This document shows, one piece after another, positions 1-17,782 of a DNA stretch of 64,000 bases. The stretch covers positions 9,858,001 through 9,922,000 of the forward strand of contig CM022667.1 in assembly GCA_012295275.1 (NCBI GenBank), in the 5' to 3' direction. The position numbers were made by a program, and so were the translations under genes. Source of the stretch: Chrysomallon squamiferum. Its lineage: Eukaryota > Animalia > Mollusca. The notes beneath the pieces are model-generated. The model was not told the DNA's origin, did no database searches, and saw only the letters and a list, made by a program, of their open reading frames with translations. Positions within the stretch are counted from its first letter, which is position 1. Each line of letters starts with the position of its first letter.

Positions 1-10
1 GCGCAGCCAT
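1..10 (-). CDS. Possible start codon of a gene running off the left edge (M-A-A-...)
   Basis: The reverse complement of 1-14 reads CAAGATGGCTGCGC, a YY1-like AAGATGGC motif with good Kozak context, common at housekeeping gene starts. Only three codons are visible. Confidence 0.3.
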
Positions 11-1033
11 CTTGAATGTTACCGTTTAATTTCCTCCATCAATACTTATCGACAATAACATCATGAGTGCAATGCTTTTTAAATTGTACAAAACCTTTTT
101 AGTTTGTAAAGTATTTTTTAATTCGAATATTTGTATATCTTGTTAAAGGAAGCTGACTTTCAAGTTGTCTGCTACAGCTAGAGCAGAGGAAGAATATTTT
201 AAAGTACAAACAACTTGTTTAACGGTAATAGACAAGGAATAAACAAATCAGAAGATTTTAATGAATTTTGATGTTTGACTATCACCCCGCTGTAAAACTC
301 GATGTTAAGATATATTTTCAAGAAAAGATGCAGCTATACCCATCTTCGTGCTTTCAATTGTATGACTTAATCTTTTCATATATTATCACCTCCGCTATAA
401 CCGTCAGTATGAAAATACGATTTATTATGCCTTGGCTATTAAAAAAAATAAAATGACATTCACGTGGAACCTACATAATATGTTTGTGTGTGTGAATATC
501 ATGATTAGATTCTTTGTAAACAACGGTCATATAAAGCTAAATTATACTAAGTAATACGGATTGTTTCGAAAAACAAATATGACGACATTTCGTTAAAAAT
601 GCAACAGGATCATAAACTTCATTAAAATTACTTTAGTAAAATTAGATATGTACTTTGTTCTGTTATCAGAAAACTTATAACCAGTAAGTTTGAAATTAAA
701 ATGACGGAATGTGTTAAAAACAGAATTTCAAATGTTAAAGTTATCATTTAAACTCAGAATTAATTAAATAAAACCAAGACAGAGGTTGCAAAACAACTGA
801 TATTATTAGGAAGATCAGTTGTTTTTGAAACATTGTTTAATTAATAATACAAAAAAAACATACAAACAAACAAGCAAACAAACAAACAAACCAACCTTGT
901 CATTAGAAATATATATATTATATATATTTTCATGCAGAAAAAACGCAATACCCATGTTCTGTCGTGTTCCAGTTTCATTCCATTAAAATGCTCTTCTGCT
1001 TAGTATATTATTAAAAAAAAAAAAAAAAAAAAA

Positions 1034-1064
<31 letters not shown>

Positions 1065-1340
1065 TGTTTTCTATCAACATTAAACGTGTTCGGAGATATC
1101 ACAATTCAATATTTTACATTTTTCAAGCAAAACTTTGTTGAAATCTTTGTAGAAATCACTTCTAGTTGTACAAACATAATGAAACATCATAGTATTGTTG
1201 ATGTTATCACAATAACAATTATTTGGGAATGCTTAATCGTAATATTCTAATTTTCCGTGAAAAGTTCATGCTTAATTTATTATGTATTGACAGATTTAGT
1301 GTTTTTATTGTATTGAAAGTTAAATATCAAAAAACGTTTA

Positions 1341-1409
<69 letters not shown>

Positions 1410-1444
1410 AATAAATAAAAACTATTTTAAATATTATCTGGCAA

Positions 1445-1522
<78 letters not shown>

Positions 1523-1714
1523 ATATTATTATCGTTATTATATTTTTATTATTTGTTTGTTTGTTTTATTATGATTATTATTTGTTTTAATTATTATTTC
1601 TTCGCGCAATTCCTTTATCGGTTTCTTAAATACAATAAAATTCTAAACATGTTCTTAATATATGTCTTAATATCATGTTTACATACCACACACATATACA
1701 TATACACAGGCAAC

Positions 1715-1747
<33 letters not shown>

Positions 1748-1842
1748 CAAGAAAGGGAGACAAAGGGAGACAATCAGATAGGCATGCAGAGAAAACTACT
1801 TCCGCTGAAAAAATGAAAGAACAAGTCATATATTCGAAATGA

Positions 1843-1848
1843 TTTATT
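1843..1848 (-). terminator. Polyadenylation signal of knottin gene A
   Basis: AATAAA on the minus strand, 17 nt after the stop codon. Confidence 0.55.
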
Positions 1849-1865
1849 CTGTTTTAGTTTTTGTT

Positions 1866-1998
1866 TTAGTCCCATTGACACGTCATCCGTCCAACGATGG
1901 AAATCCTGCACGATGTGCTTTGACAGCAATAATCCCGTCTGTTGTTCCCCATTCCACTCAGAGTGCAATAACCTCCGCGCTGGATGCACTAAAAGACA

Positions 1999-2066
<68 letters not shown>

Positions 2067-2618
2067 GACGAAGAAGAAGAAGAAGAAAAACAATAATTGT
2101 TGTAATAGTAATAGTAGTAGTAGTAGAAGTAGTGGTGTAGTAATAGTTGTAGTAGCGTTAATAATAATATATTAATAAATAAAATAATGAATATTCATTT
2201 TAAATTACCCCTGTACGTTCAGATATTGACGGTCATTGGGACTGTTAAGATTTGTAAACTTTTAAACATCAAAACTTTAATAATATTCCTTCCCAACCTG
2301 TATTATGAAATGCTATAATTTTTTAGTGAACAAGTTGTAAGCAAAACAATCAATAAAAGTGGACTTTTAAATAGGCGGCTTCCACTCTGGTATAATTTTT
2401 TTATGAAAGAAAAATGTACGGGTAACTGTTAATAATTGTTAATATCTAGATCTGGTTGTTTATTTATTAATTATTTTTATTATTATTACTTTTTTTTCTT
2501 CTATTTTTTAAATGTTATAATGACTTACGTTAGGTCGACCTCCATTACCGATGCCGCCGTAGTTGAAAGCTGTCACTGTTGTGAGAACCAACAAAAATAT
2601 TATTGCAACAGAATTCAT
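1866..2618 (-). CDS. Secreted six-cysteine knottin (ICK)-like peptide A, 70 aa, two coding exons
   Basis: Exon 2618-2529 (acceptor ttttttcttgcag just upstream, donor GTAAGT) gives MNSVAIIFLLVLTTVTAFNYGGIGNGGRPN. A phase-0 intron follows. Exon 1988-1866 (acceptor tttgtcttttag) gives CIQRGGYCTLSGMGNNRRDYCCQSTSCRISIVGRMTCQWD*. Hydrophobic signal peptide ends V-T-A; framework is C-x6-C-x12-CC-x4-C-x9-C; AATAAA at 1848-1843. Confidence 0.88.
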
Positions 2619-2808
2619 TACTGCAAGAAAAAAGATCAGTTTACTAATTTAGCTCATCTTTTTAAACGAATGTTTATTATAAATATCGAAACTGCTTTTG
2701 CGATTCAGTTATTAAATGATAATGATGACGAGAATGATGATAATAAGTATTTATATGTGTGTGCATATAAATATATGTATATATGTATGTATGTATTACG
2801 CATGTATG

Positions 2809-2882
<74 letters not shown>

Positions 2883-3078
2883 ACAAAATACATGCGTAAT
2901 ATATACATATATGTGTGTGTGCATGTGTTTGTATGTGAGTATTCTGCAGGCATACAAACATTTATATATGTATTGTCTGTGCGTATATGTGTATATGGAT
3001 GGATGTATATATGTATGTATAAATTACCTGAATATTAATTTACAACTTCTATACATTCACGCACACTCCTTTTCATGA

Positions 3079-3144
<66 letters not shown>

Positions 3145-3848
3145 TAAAGCAAAATATACAAGAAAAAGACAAACAAATGAAAAAGGAAAAACAAAAAAAA
3201 AGAAACAAAAATGAACACAGTTTACCTTAACCTTGCCTCCACACTTTCCAATGTATAAATACAAACTTTAGAAACAGGTTTTTATATTCATTCGCGATAT
3301 GAAAACGTTTTTATCTGTATAATGAATATTCTTTAATTTTATTACATTTCTGAAATTGATACAGCACCTTTTTAATCAGTTTTTATCTACATAATATATA
3401 TTCATTCATTTTATTAAATTTCTGCAGTGACAGAAGAGTATCGAGATATGTCTAAGATACTGCATATTTGTCGGAATACAATACTGTGCATTCTTATTAT
3501 AGAATTAATTAAAGGAGTTTTCTGTATTATTATCTCAACATATTTTTAATATTAACATTTTTATGTGATGATAGTATCAGAGGGACACTCTCTTTGTATG
3601 CACTCTGTCGTAGCAATAATAAATTAGATCGAGAGCCAGTGAGTGGAACGGGAAATGTTTAAAGGTCACCGAGAATAATCAAATATTCGTAATTTGCTGG
3701 CTTTCAGCAGTCTTCTTAATTTCAATAAATAAATAAATATATAAATGAAAATAATAATAATATTAATAACAAGGCGTATCCAAAACATTAAACAATAAAT
3801 AGGGTAAATAAATAAAAATATCAGTCTTACAGAAAGACCAGTTTTTAC

Positions 3849-3918
3849 CTAATAATTCACTTTTTATTTCGTTCTTGATGCCTGTGAGAGTATTTAAGTG
3901 AGTTTGATCTAATTTATA
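3849..3918 (-). promoter_or_regulatory. TATA box and putative short non-coding exon 1 of knottin gene A
   Basis: TATAAA on the minus strand at 3918-3913. A ~40 nt exon would end at AG|GTAAAA (3849/3848). An upstream exon is expected because a splice acceptor lies 2 nt before the ATG. Mirrors the layout of gene B. Confidence 0.5.
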
Positions 3919-3996
3919 ACCAACGTTACAAGTTTTTTCATAAAAGCAGAAACTACCTCATCTGCTAGGCAGACACAACAACACCAATACCACCAT

Positions 3997-4031
<35 letters not shown>

Positions 4032-4207
4032 ATAATAATAATAATAATAACATTATTCTCATTTTCGGCTTAGGGATAATTTCATTGCCATGTCTGATTT
4101 TTATCGTCTGCTGACGGTTTTGTTAGGCTGATTTCGACAGTTGTCCAGTTTGGAGTGACGTCTAATCTATATTAAAATCCTTGTTTCACCCTGAAGAAAA
4201 ACTGAAG

Positions 4208-4269
4208 TATATAAACTGTGCAATTTATCATCAGTATTACCTGTTGCTATCTTTTTGTCGTTTACAAGG
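4208..4269 (+). promoter_or_regulatory. TATA box, initiator-like TCAGT and putative non-coding exon 1 of knottin gene B
   Basis: TATATAAA at 4208-4215, TCAGT at 4231-4235, donor AGG|GTAAAT at 4269/4270. The acceptor at 4660 lies 6 nt before the ATG. Confidence 0.55.
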
Positions 4270-4623
4270 GTAAATATAAAATTCAGTTGATTTGAAACAG
4301 AAATCTCTGCTTGTAAGAATCTTAATTACTATGTAAAATAACTAAAGTAACTAACTAAATAAATAGTTAAAACATAAACATAAATAATTGTAAAAAAATA
4401 ATTATAAATAAATAAAATAAAATAAAATAAAATAAAATATAATAAAATGAAATAAAATAAATACATTAACATTAAAATGATATAAATAAATAAATTAAAT
4501 CAAATAATATTAAATAGAGACTGAAATCACATATCAGTATAAAAAGAAGAAAACAAATGTCACAGTATTTATGAAATGACGACATGAAGAAAAAAAGAGT
4601 TAATATTTCTTCATTCTCGCGAG

Positions 4624-4658
<35 letters not shown>

Positions 4659-4666
4659 AGATTACA

Positions 4667-5244
4667 ATGAAGTTTACAGTTTTTATTCTTCTTTTGTGTA
4701 TTGCAAGTGTGTCAGCCCTCTACCGTGGACAGTCAGTAAGTAACAATTCATTTTGGTTTTATAAATAATAATCAGTAATAAACTCACTGTGCTTTCTCGC
4801 TGTCTGTCCATATTTTCATGTCTATTTGTATGAATGCTTATCTATCTATCTACCTATCTTTCTTTCTTTCTTTCTTTCTTTCTATCGGTAACCATTTATT
4901 TGCCTATTTTTCGATATAAAATATGTAATATGTATTGTGTGTGTGTGAATGTGGGTGGGTGTTTTGTGAAGGTATGAGTGTGTTTGTCTCTCTGTTATGA
5001 TTAAATATTTTTCACAGTTTATGTGCCATAATTTAGAGACACACATACACACACTTTTGTAATCTTGTTATGTATTGAAATATTTTATTTATTTATTTAT
5101 TATTATTTTTTTATTTTTTTTACTTAGTGCGCTCACATGGGTCAGATGTGCTCTAACGGCATGAACGGTTTTGGAAGAATATGCTGTCCGAGTCTCGTCT
5201 GCTTGTATTCGTCATGTCGAAGGATTAATGTGCGATCGACGTAA
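4667..5244 (+). CDS. Secreted six-cysteine knottin (ICK)-like peptide B, 61 aa, two coding exons
   Basis: Exon 4667-4735 gives MKFTVFILLLCIASVSALYRGQS (donor GTAAGT). A phase-0 intron follows. Exon 5128-5244 (acceptor ttttttacttag) gives CAHMGQMCSNGMNGFGRICCPSLVCLYSSCRRINVRST*. Signal peptide ends V-S-A; framework is C-x6-C-x10-CC-x4-C-x4-C; AATAAA at 5255-5260. Confidence 0.88.
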
Positions 5245-5254
5245 AAACTTCAGT

Positions 5255-5260
5255 AATAAA
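5255..5260 (+). terminator. Polyadenylation signal of knottin gene B
   Basis: AATAAA 10 nt after the stop codon, with GT-rich sequence downstream at about 5285-5300. Confidence 0.55.
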
Positions 5261-5798
5261 AATATGTAATGAAAAGAAAGACAAGTTTGTTGTGTTCTGT
5301 TTATTTTATTTTATTCTGTTTGTAGTATTATTTCTAACAGATAATGCAATACATCCACTAAATCTCGAAAAGACGACCCAAAGATAACAATTTATTATTG
5401 TGTCCACCATCATTCGTCTGCAATTTTGTTTTTGTAATGACGTAAAAAGGGAATCCTCTGGGGCTCCCCTAGTATATTTCCATGAATGTATTTATTTAAT
5501 CACCTCTGTATGAATATTTCCATATGTAAAGCTTTCTAAAGTTTACCGTCATTAGCAGAGAATTTGTATGACGTTTAACACTTTTTCTTTTCTTTTTTTT
5601 ATTTTGTGGTGAATGTCGTAAATATAGTAATAGACCACTTTACGATATAAACAAACGCATGGTCAAGCTAGTGACTGCATGATTTGTTTGTGTAGGATTA
5701 AGAAATCGAAATGTAGTAAATATTCGAAAATACAGTATTTGTAAACAGTCTGTTTCTGTTTTCCTTTTCGGTAACACAATTGTTTATGATAATCAGAT

Positions 5799-11979
<6,181 letters not shown>

Positions 11980-12001
11980 TTTGTTTCTTCTAGTTAAAAT
12001 A

Positions 12002-12042
<41 letters not shown>

Positions 12043-12479
12043 TACACATATATACACACTCTCACACACATTCACAAGCTTACACAATCACACGCACACA
12101 CAAACTTACACTAAACACTTACAATGATACAAATATGCATATACACAGACACAGACAAAAAAACATGCATTTTGAGGGGGCACTTTGATGCAAACATTTT
12201 ATCAGATTCAGATCAGATGACAATATGAAATTAAATCAAGGCCTGCTGTTATTCCACAGTTAATCAAAAGGTATAATTTCTGTATTTGAGTAGATATCTC
12301 TATATCTACAAGTAAACTACACTGTATGTTTCATGTAACTGATCTGTGAAGTCATTAATCCTTTAATAAGCCAGAAAGATCTCAAGAGCAGATAACTCAT
12401 GTATTCCTCTCTTTTCAAGGGTATGATACAATATGCAGAACATTCAACAATTTTAGATTTTAAGTTCGTATTATTTCTT

Positions 12480-13180
12480 TTAGAACTTGTCATGAATTTC
12501 AACCGGTGAATTTCATGAAATGTCGTCATTTTTATTTAATGACTTAATAATTGGTGAATGTCATGAAGTGTTTACATTTTTATTTCATGACTTAATAACT
12601 GGTGAATGTCATGAAGTGTTGTCACTTTTATTTCATGACTTAATAACTGGTGAATGTCATGAAGTGTTGTCAGTTTTGTTTCATGATGTAATAACTGGTG
12701 AAATTCATGAACATGCAGTTATTTTCAAATTTAATAATGAAAGTGAATTTCGTAAATTAATGTCAATTTCACTTCTTGATTAAAAATGTGCGACTTTCTT
12801 GAGCATAAAGTTATTTTCAATTGTAATAACATTAACCTGATGAAATGTCAGTTTAAATCATGACTGGTGGTTTACTTCATGATTTTTGTGAAGTGGTGAA
12901 TTTTATGAATATATATTGGTTCAATTATTAAAATTAATATCTTAACTTAATTTTATGAAATGTGTTTTAGTTTGTGATTGGTGTGATTCATCACATTTGT
13001 TGTGATTTTTCTTTAGGACCTACAAATTGGAGAAATTCATGAAATATATTTTGAATTATTTTTCTTAACTAGAAAAATCAATTTCATGAAATGGCAATTG
13101 TACTTCATGACTGGTGTATTTCATGAAACATATTGTCCGATTTTCTTCATGATTTATAAACTGCTGAATTTTCATGAAAT
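12480..13180. repeat. 45-bp tandem repeat decaying into scattered TCATGA-palindrome units
   Basis: About four clear units of tttatttcatgacttaataactggtgaatgtcatgaagtgttgtcac at 12530-12710, with degenerate copies on both sides. Confidence 0.8.
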
Positions 13181-13280
13181 GTATGTTTAATTATGTTTTG
13201 ATATATATATATGTATGTGTTTATATATATATATATATTTTTTTTATCAGTATTTTTGAAATTAATTTTCATAACTAATA

Positions 13281-13371
<91 letters not shown>

Positions 13372-14989
13372 ACATTTACATACATATTTCCATTTTCTCT
13401 CATCCTGTAATCCTTATAACAAATGTTCATTACAAGGAAGTTTACTTACATATTAGCCAGGATTTTTAACTTTTAAATTATTTTACTGTGATCTCACTTT
13501 GCTATTAACTTGTTGTGATATTTAACATTTTTGAAACTGATTATTTATACAAATGACTATTTTTTAACGTGACTGTAATGATATATTAACAAAAAACAAC
13601 AACCAATACATTAAAATTATGTTTTATTTTTTAAAGATGGTTTATGTTTTGTTTTACTTTATTTTTGTTAAATATGTTTATGATACATGTGTATATAGGT
13701 GTGTGTGTGTGTGTTTCTGGATATATATATTAAGGTTTGCATGAATATTTCCAGAGTAGAGCAAAATGTGTTTGCACTTAATAAAAATGTCTGTATGGCC
13801 AAACATACATCATTACCATCACTTAGAAGACTGAGGAAAAACAAAAAGTGATTATTATTCCTTACAAATTAATATAGTCAAAAAGTAAATGCAAAGACGA
13901 CTGAATATAGATCCTAAATATTATTAGCTTTGATGATCTTGTTGAGGTAAACGTGAAATGTTTTTTGATCTGCAACAGTCACTGATGAACGTGTATGATA
14001 ACAACAGCAACAACAACACTGACAGACATACACACACACACAGAGACACACAATTATACTTATCAGTGTTTAATTGTTCATGTATATTTGTATTTGTTTA
14101 TTAAGTATGTATATTTGTATTTGTTTCTGCTATCGTACATAAAATAATCATTAATAAAATAACAGTAAAATATATACTTTAAAAAAAAAGACGAAATTTT
14201 TAATTTATTTTTATTAAAATCTGGAACAGATACAACAGTAATAACCAAGGCTTCCTTAGACTTGGATAGTTCCAAGATAAAAGAAGTAATAATAATAATA
14301 ATAATAACAACAACAACAACAGCAATAATAATAATAAATACTTAAATAAATAAATAAGTAGTATGTTTCTAAGAAACAGGATATTACATCTCTCTCTTTT
14401 AGCTGATTGTTCTATTAACAAACTGAGGACAATATATTGTTTTGAGTGAAAATCTACTTTATATAAATTTCTTGAACGTAATTGTAAATAAAGTAATTTA
14501 ATCCCAAACCGGACTAAAAACACAAAAGCAACAAATAAAACACACACAGACACATATATACCAAATAACATATCTATCATCTCTACAGAACATCAGGTGT
14601 CTCTTGATAAATCCATATTATTTTGTTATTCTATTTGTAATATTTTTAAAATTCTACTGTATAACTTTTTACTCAAAAGCCTCTACCATTTCTAAGAATT
14701 TTAATGTTTAATATGAATTACAAAAAGTTTTATTCATCTTCTGACGGAAATATTTATTTTATTATTTATTTATTAATTTTAATTTACATTATTGTTTTAA
14801 ATTTGTGATTGAATTTTTTTTTTTTTTTTTTTTCTTAAACTAAGGTTCGTACGTTTAATATTTTTTTTTTTTTTTTTTTTTTTTACAGTTATATCAGAAA
14901 TAAAACAATTTTTTTTTTTTAGTTTGGTTTTTTTTTGGCTGTGTTTAACACTTTGGCATCTGGTAAAACTAATATGAATTTGATTTTTC

Positions 14990-15041
<52 letters not shown>

Positions 15042-15708
15042 TTTTCTTCACTATAAAAACAAATATAAGTTTGCATAATAACAGAATGTTGCATTATTTT
15101 AACCTGGTGTTATGCAAAAAAACATAAAAAAAAAAAAAAAAAAAAATAAAAATTCCCTTAAAAAACTGTTGCATGTTTCATGGAAGATGCTGAAAACTTG
15201 TAGAGTAATATTAAACTGAAAATTCTGTTACTATAGCTACACTGATTTGTTAACGTTACAAATGTTCATGTGGTTTGGTAACTGAATATTTATAGAACGT
15301 TAATATTCCTAATATTGTTTATATTGAACTCTTCATTTAAATAAATATTTTATGTCCGATTTAATTTAATATTGTTGTTTTAAGTTTAATTAAATATTCC
15401 ATTTCTTTTTTATTTAGTTAATACTGTAGTTCTAAATTTAATTAAATCTTACATTTTTATTTAGTTTAATATTATTAATATACATATGTTTTTTCGTTGT
15501 AAATTTAACTAAAGGTTACACATTAAAGATTTAAATTTAATTTTAATTTTAATTAAATATTTAATTTGTTCATGTTAATATTACGAGAGACCACTTTTAC
15601 TATTCCTGAAACTGCAGTCATTATTAATGATGGTAATAATGACAAGAACGATAACGATACATATATTAGTAAAGAAAACAAAGGTGTTGACAACAATAGA
15701 TTCATGTG

Positions 15709-15751
<43 letters not shown>

Positions 15752-15948
15752 AAAAAAAGTTACCTAAGTCAACTTTTTTATTAATTTAATTGAACATCGT
15801 ACATGTTTAATATAAAGGACGAACCTGAAAGTTTTTTTGTGCTGTTTCAAACAATTTGTGAGAAGAAGAAAGTTTTTCATATTCTGTTGACGCTTACCAA
15901 AGTTTTGTGCTGTTTCAGATAATTTGCTAGACGTCTTTCAAGTCCGGT

Positions 15949-16053
15949 TGAAGATAATCAAACAGTTTTCCTTTGAAGATAATCAAACAGTTTTCCTTTG
16001 AAGATAATCAAACAGTTTTCCTTTGAAGATAATCAAACAGTTTTTCTTTGAAG
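15949..16053. repeat. 25-bp tandem repeat, four copies
   Basis: tgaagataatcaaacagttttcctt x4; single-copy in the other array units. Confidence 0.9.
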
Positions 16054-16365
16054 ATCTTTGTTGTTTTACATGTTTGTTCACAGTTAGGAAATGTTCGGAA
16101 TCAAAATCACTTTAGCACTAATTTCTGATTAAAAAAAAAAAAAAAAAAATAAAATAAAAATAAAAATTTATATTTGCCATGGAAATGAACACTTCATTGT
16201 TTTTACAGTCACCATCAGAAAACAAGAGCGAAGAGCGAATGAAATAACACTAATTTCTTCTTTTGCTTAACTCCAAGTATAAAATAAAATATTTTAAAAC
16301 TTAGAAAATAAAAAATTAATGTATGAAATAAAATAAAATATCGGTAAGAAAAAGTATCAACAAAG

Positions 16366-16403
<38 letters not shown>

Positions 16404-16889
16404 AAATAATAATAATAAATGAAAAGAAAAATTATAAATTAGTTTCCATCGAATACTTCCAAAGCATTTCTCTCACATTTCCTCTTATTCAGAAAACAGA
16501 GCTGAAACCCGCTGTGGTTAGAGAAACCCGCATTTTCCTCAGTGGTTTGAAACAGAATTTTCTGCCCTTCATTTTCAGACCCGAAGTCCATCTTGATAGA
16601 AGCTGGCAAAACGACAGACATGTTTATATCTTGACTTACGTTGGTTAAAAAAGGCGTAGAGTTGTACAATACTAAAACGAACAAGTGACAGCCCTTATAT
16701 AACTAAATTTATAAAATGTCTCGGAAAAAACCCAGTTCCTGGATCACCAGTGACATGTTCTGCGCATACATGAGAGAAAAGATCTGATTATTTGTACATC
16801 TGATGTCAGACTGAACAATTAAAATATAAACCCACATTTTCATCTTTTAGTGTAAGTTACAAATCACTTCAGTAATGGTGGATTTAGAC

Positions 16890-17176
16890 CAGGGGCGGGC
16901 AAACAGGGGCCAGATTGATCTTGTAGGAAGAGCACGAGGGCCAGAATATGAAATTCACTTTTAACTGATGCGGGCACTTTTGATTCGATGAATTCCTACG
17001 AGACACCTTAAATTTTAAATTTGAGTACGATTTGAATAAAAAAATATAGCTGTGTCAACTGACTTTATTTCATTGACTTTTAGTTTTCTGTCCGGGGGGC
17101 CGGGTATCAGTGTTAACTGTGAACAGTTTGGCTGGCAGACAATACACATTCGCGGGTCGGAGTTTGCCAGCCTTTG
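16890..17176. mobile_element. hAT-superfamily MITE (287 bp) with 8-bp target-site duplication
   Basis: TIRs CAGGGGCGGGCAAAC and GTTTGCCAGCCTTTG match at 12 of 15 positions. Perfect TSD ATTTAGAC at 16882-16889 and 17177-17184. Other array units show the empty site (e.g. about 21476). Confidence 0.9.
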
Positions 17177-17345
17177 ATTTAGACCGACTGATATTTCCAG
17201 TACGAAGACTTTTACAAATCACTTTCAATGTTTCGGGGTGTTTTTTTTATTGGTCTCTTTGTGTTTTTTTCCGTATGTTTTTTTATGTTTTTTTTATGTC
17301 CTCACTGAAATAATACTAACAGCAACAACAACAACAACAACAACG

Positions 17346-17384
<39 letters not shown>

Positions 17385-17489
17385 TTTCTAAAGTTTGTTA
17401 CTGCAAACTAACGTTATTCTCCTCATTGCTTTACATTTCTGTTATTTTTTGTATTGTATATTTTTACTAAGACGAATGACTACGCATTT

Positions 17490-17665
17490 TCAGTGATCTT
17501 TTATCTCAACCTTGCCACAGACAGGATGAAACAGTCTCGGGTTAGCAGGCTGGAATGGGAAATTACACGAAGGATGGTTGACGTAGAACTGAACCTGCAA
17601 TTTACTGACCCTCAGCCTAGCACTGTAACATCTGGAATACAGCCAACTACTAAATCATCTGACCA
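17490..17665 (-). mobile_element. Degenerate tRNA-derived SINE carried in each array unit
   Basis: The minus strand reads ..atttcccattccagcc..tcctgtctgtgg(g/c)aagg..gataaaagatc.., resembling the element at 48340-48645. Copies near 22150-22340, 25940-26130, 30695-30885 and 35475-35665; truncated at 37285-37400 and 38715-38835. Confidence 0.6.
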
Positions 17666-17782
17666 ATACAAACTTTAAAAAAAAAAAAAAAAAAAAAAAA
17701 AGTATTCTTTCTTTAATAATAATAATTACTTCGTTTTTATTCTTCTCTTCTCTGTTTTCTTTCTTGCTTTAATGATTACATG

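Noticed and set aside
1774-2140. Track ORFs 1774-1989 (-) and 1913-2140 (+, Cys-containing)
   Set aside because: They are wrong-frame or antisense shadows of the knottin A exon; only the splice-supported frame gives a signal peptide plus the full cysteine framework.
2436-3264. ORFs rich in YI, HT or CV repeats, here and throughout the window
   Set aside because: They are translations of (TA)n, (CA)n, (GA)n and (AAT)n microsatellites.
12520-12783. Repetitive ORF (FHDLITGECHEV)n, or a CRISPR-like array
   Set aside because: The 45-bp period keeps the frame open by chance; there are no unique spacers, no cas genes, and the context is eukaryotic.
15820-15950. AQNFGKR as a neuropeptide amidation motif on the minus strand
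   Set aside because: It occurs in one unit only, inside a ~68-bp repeat that does not keep frame, with no signal peptide.
17454-17678. 74-aa ORF, or a C/D snoRNA on the minus strand
   Set aside because: Better explained as a decayed SINE; the C box is non-canonical and not conserved between units.
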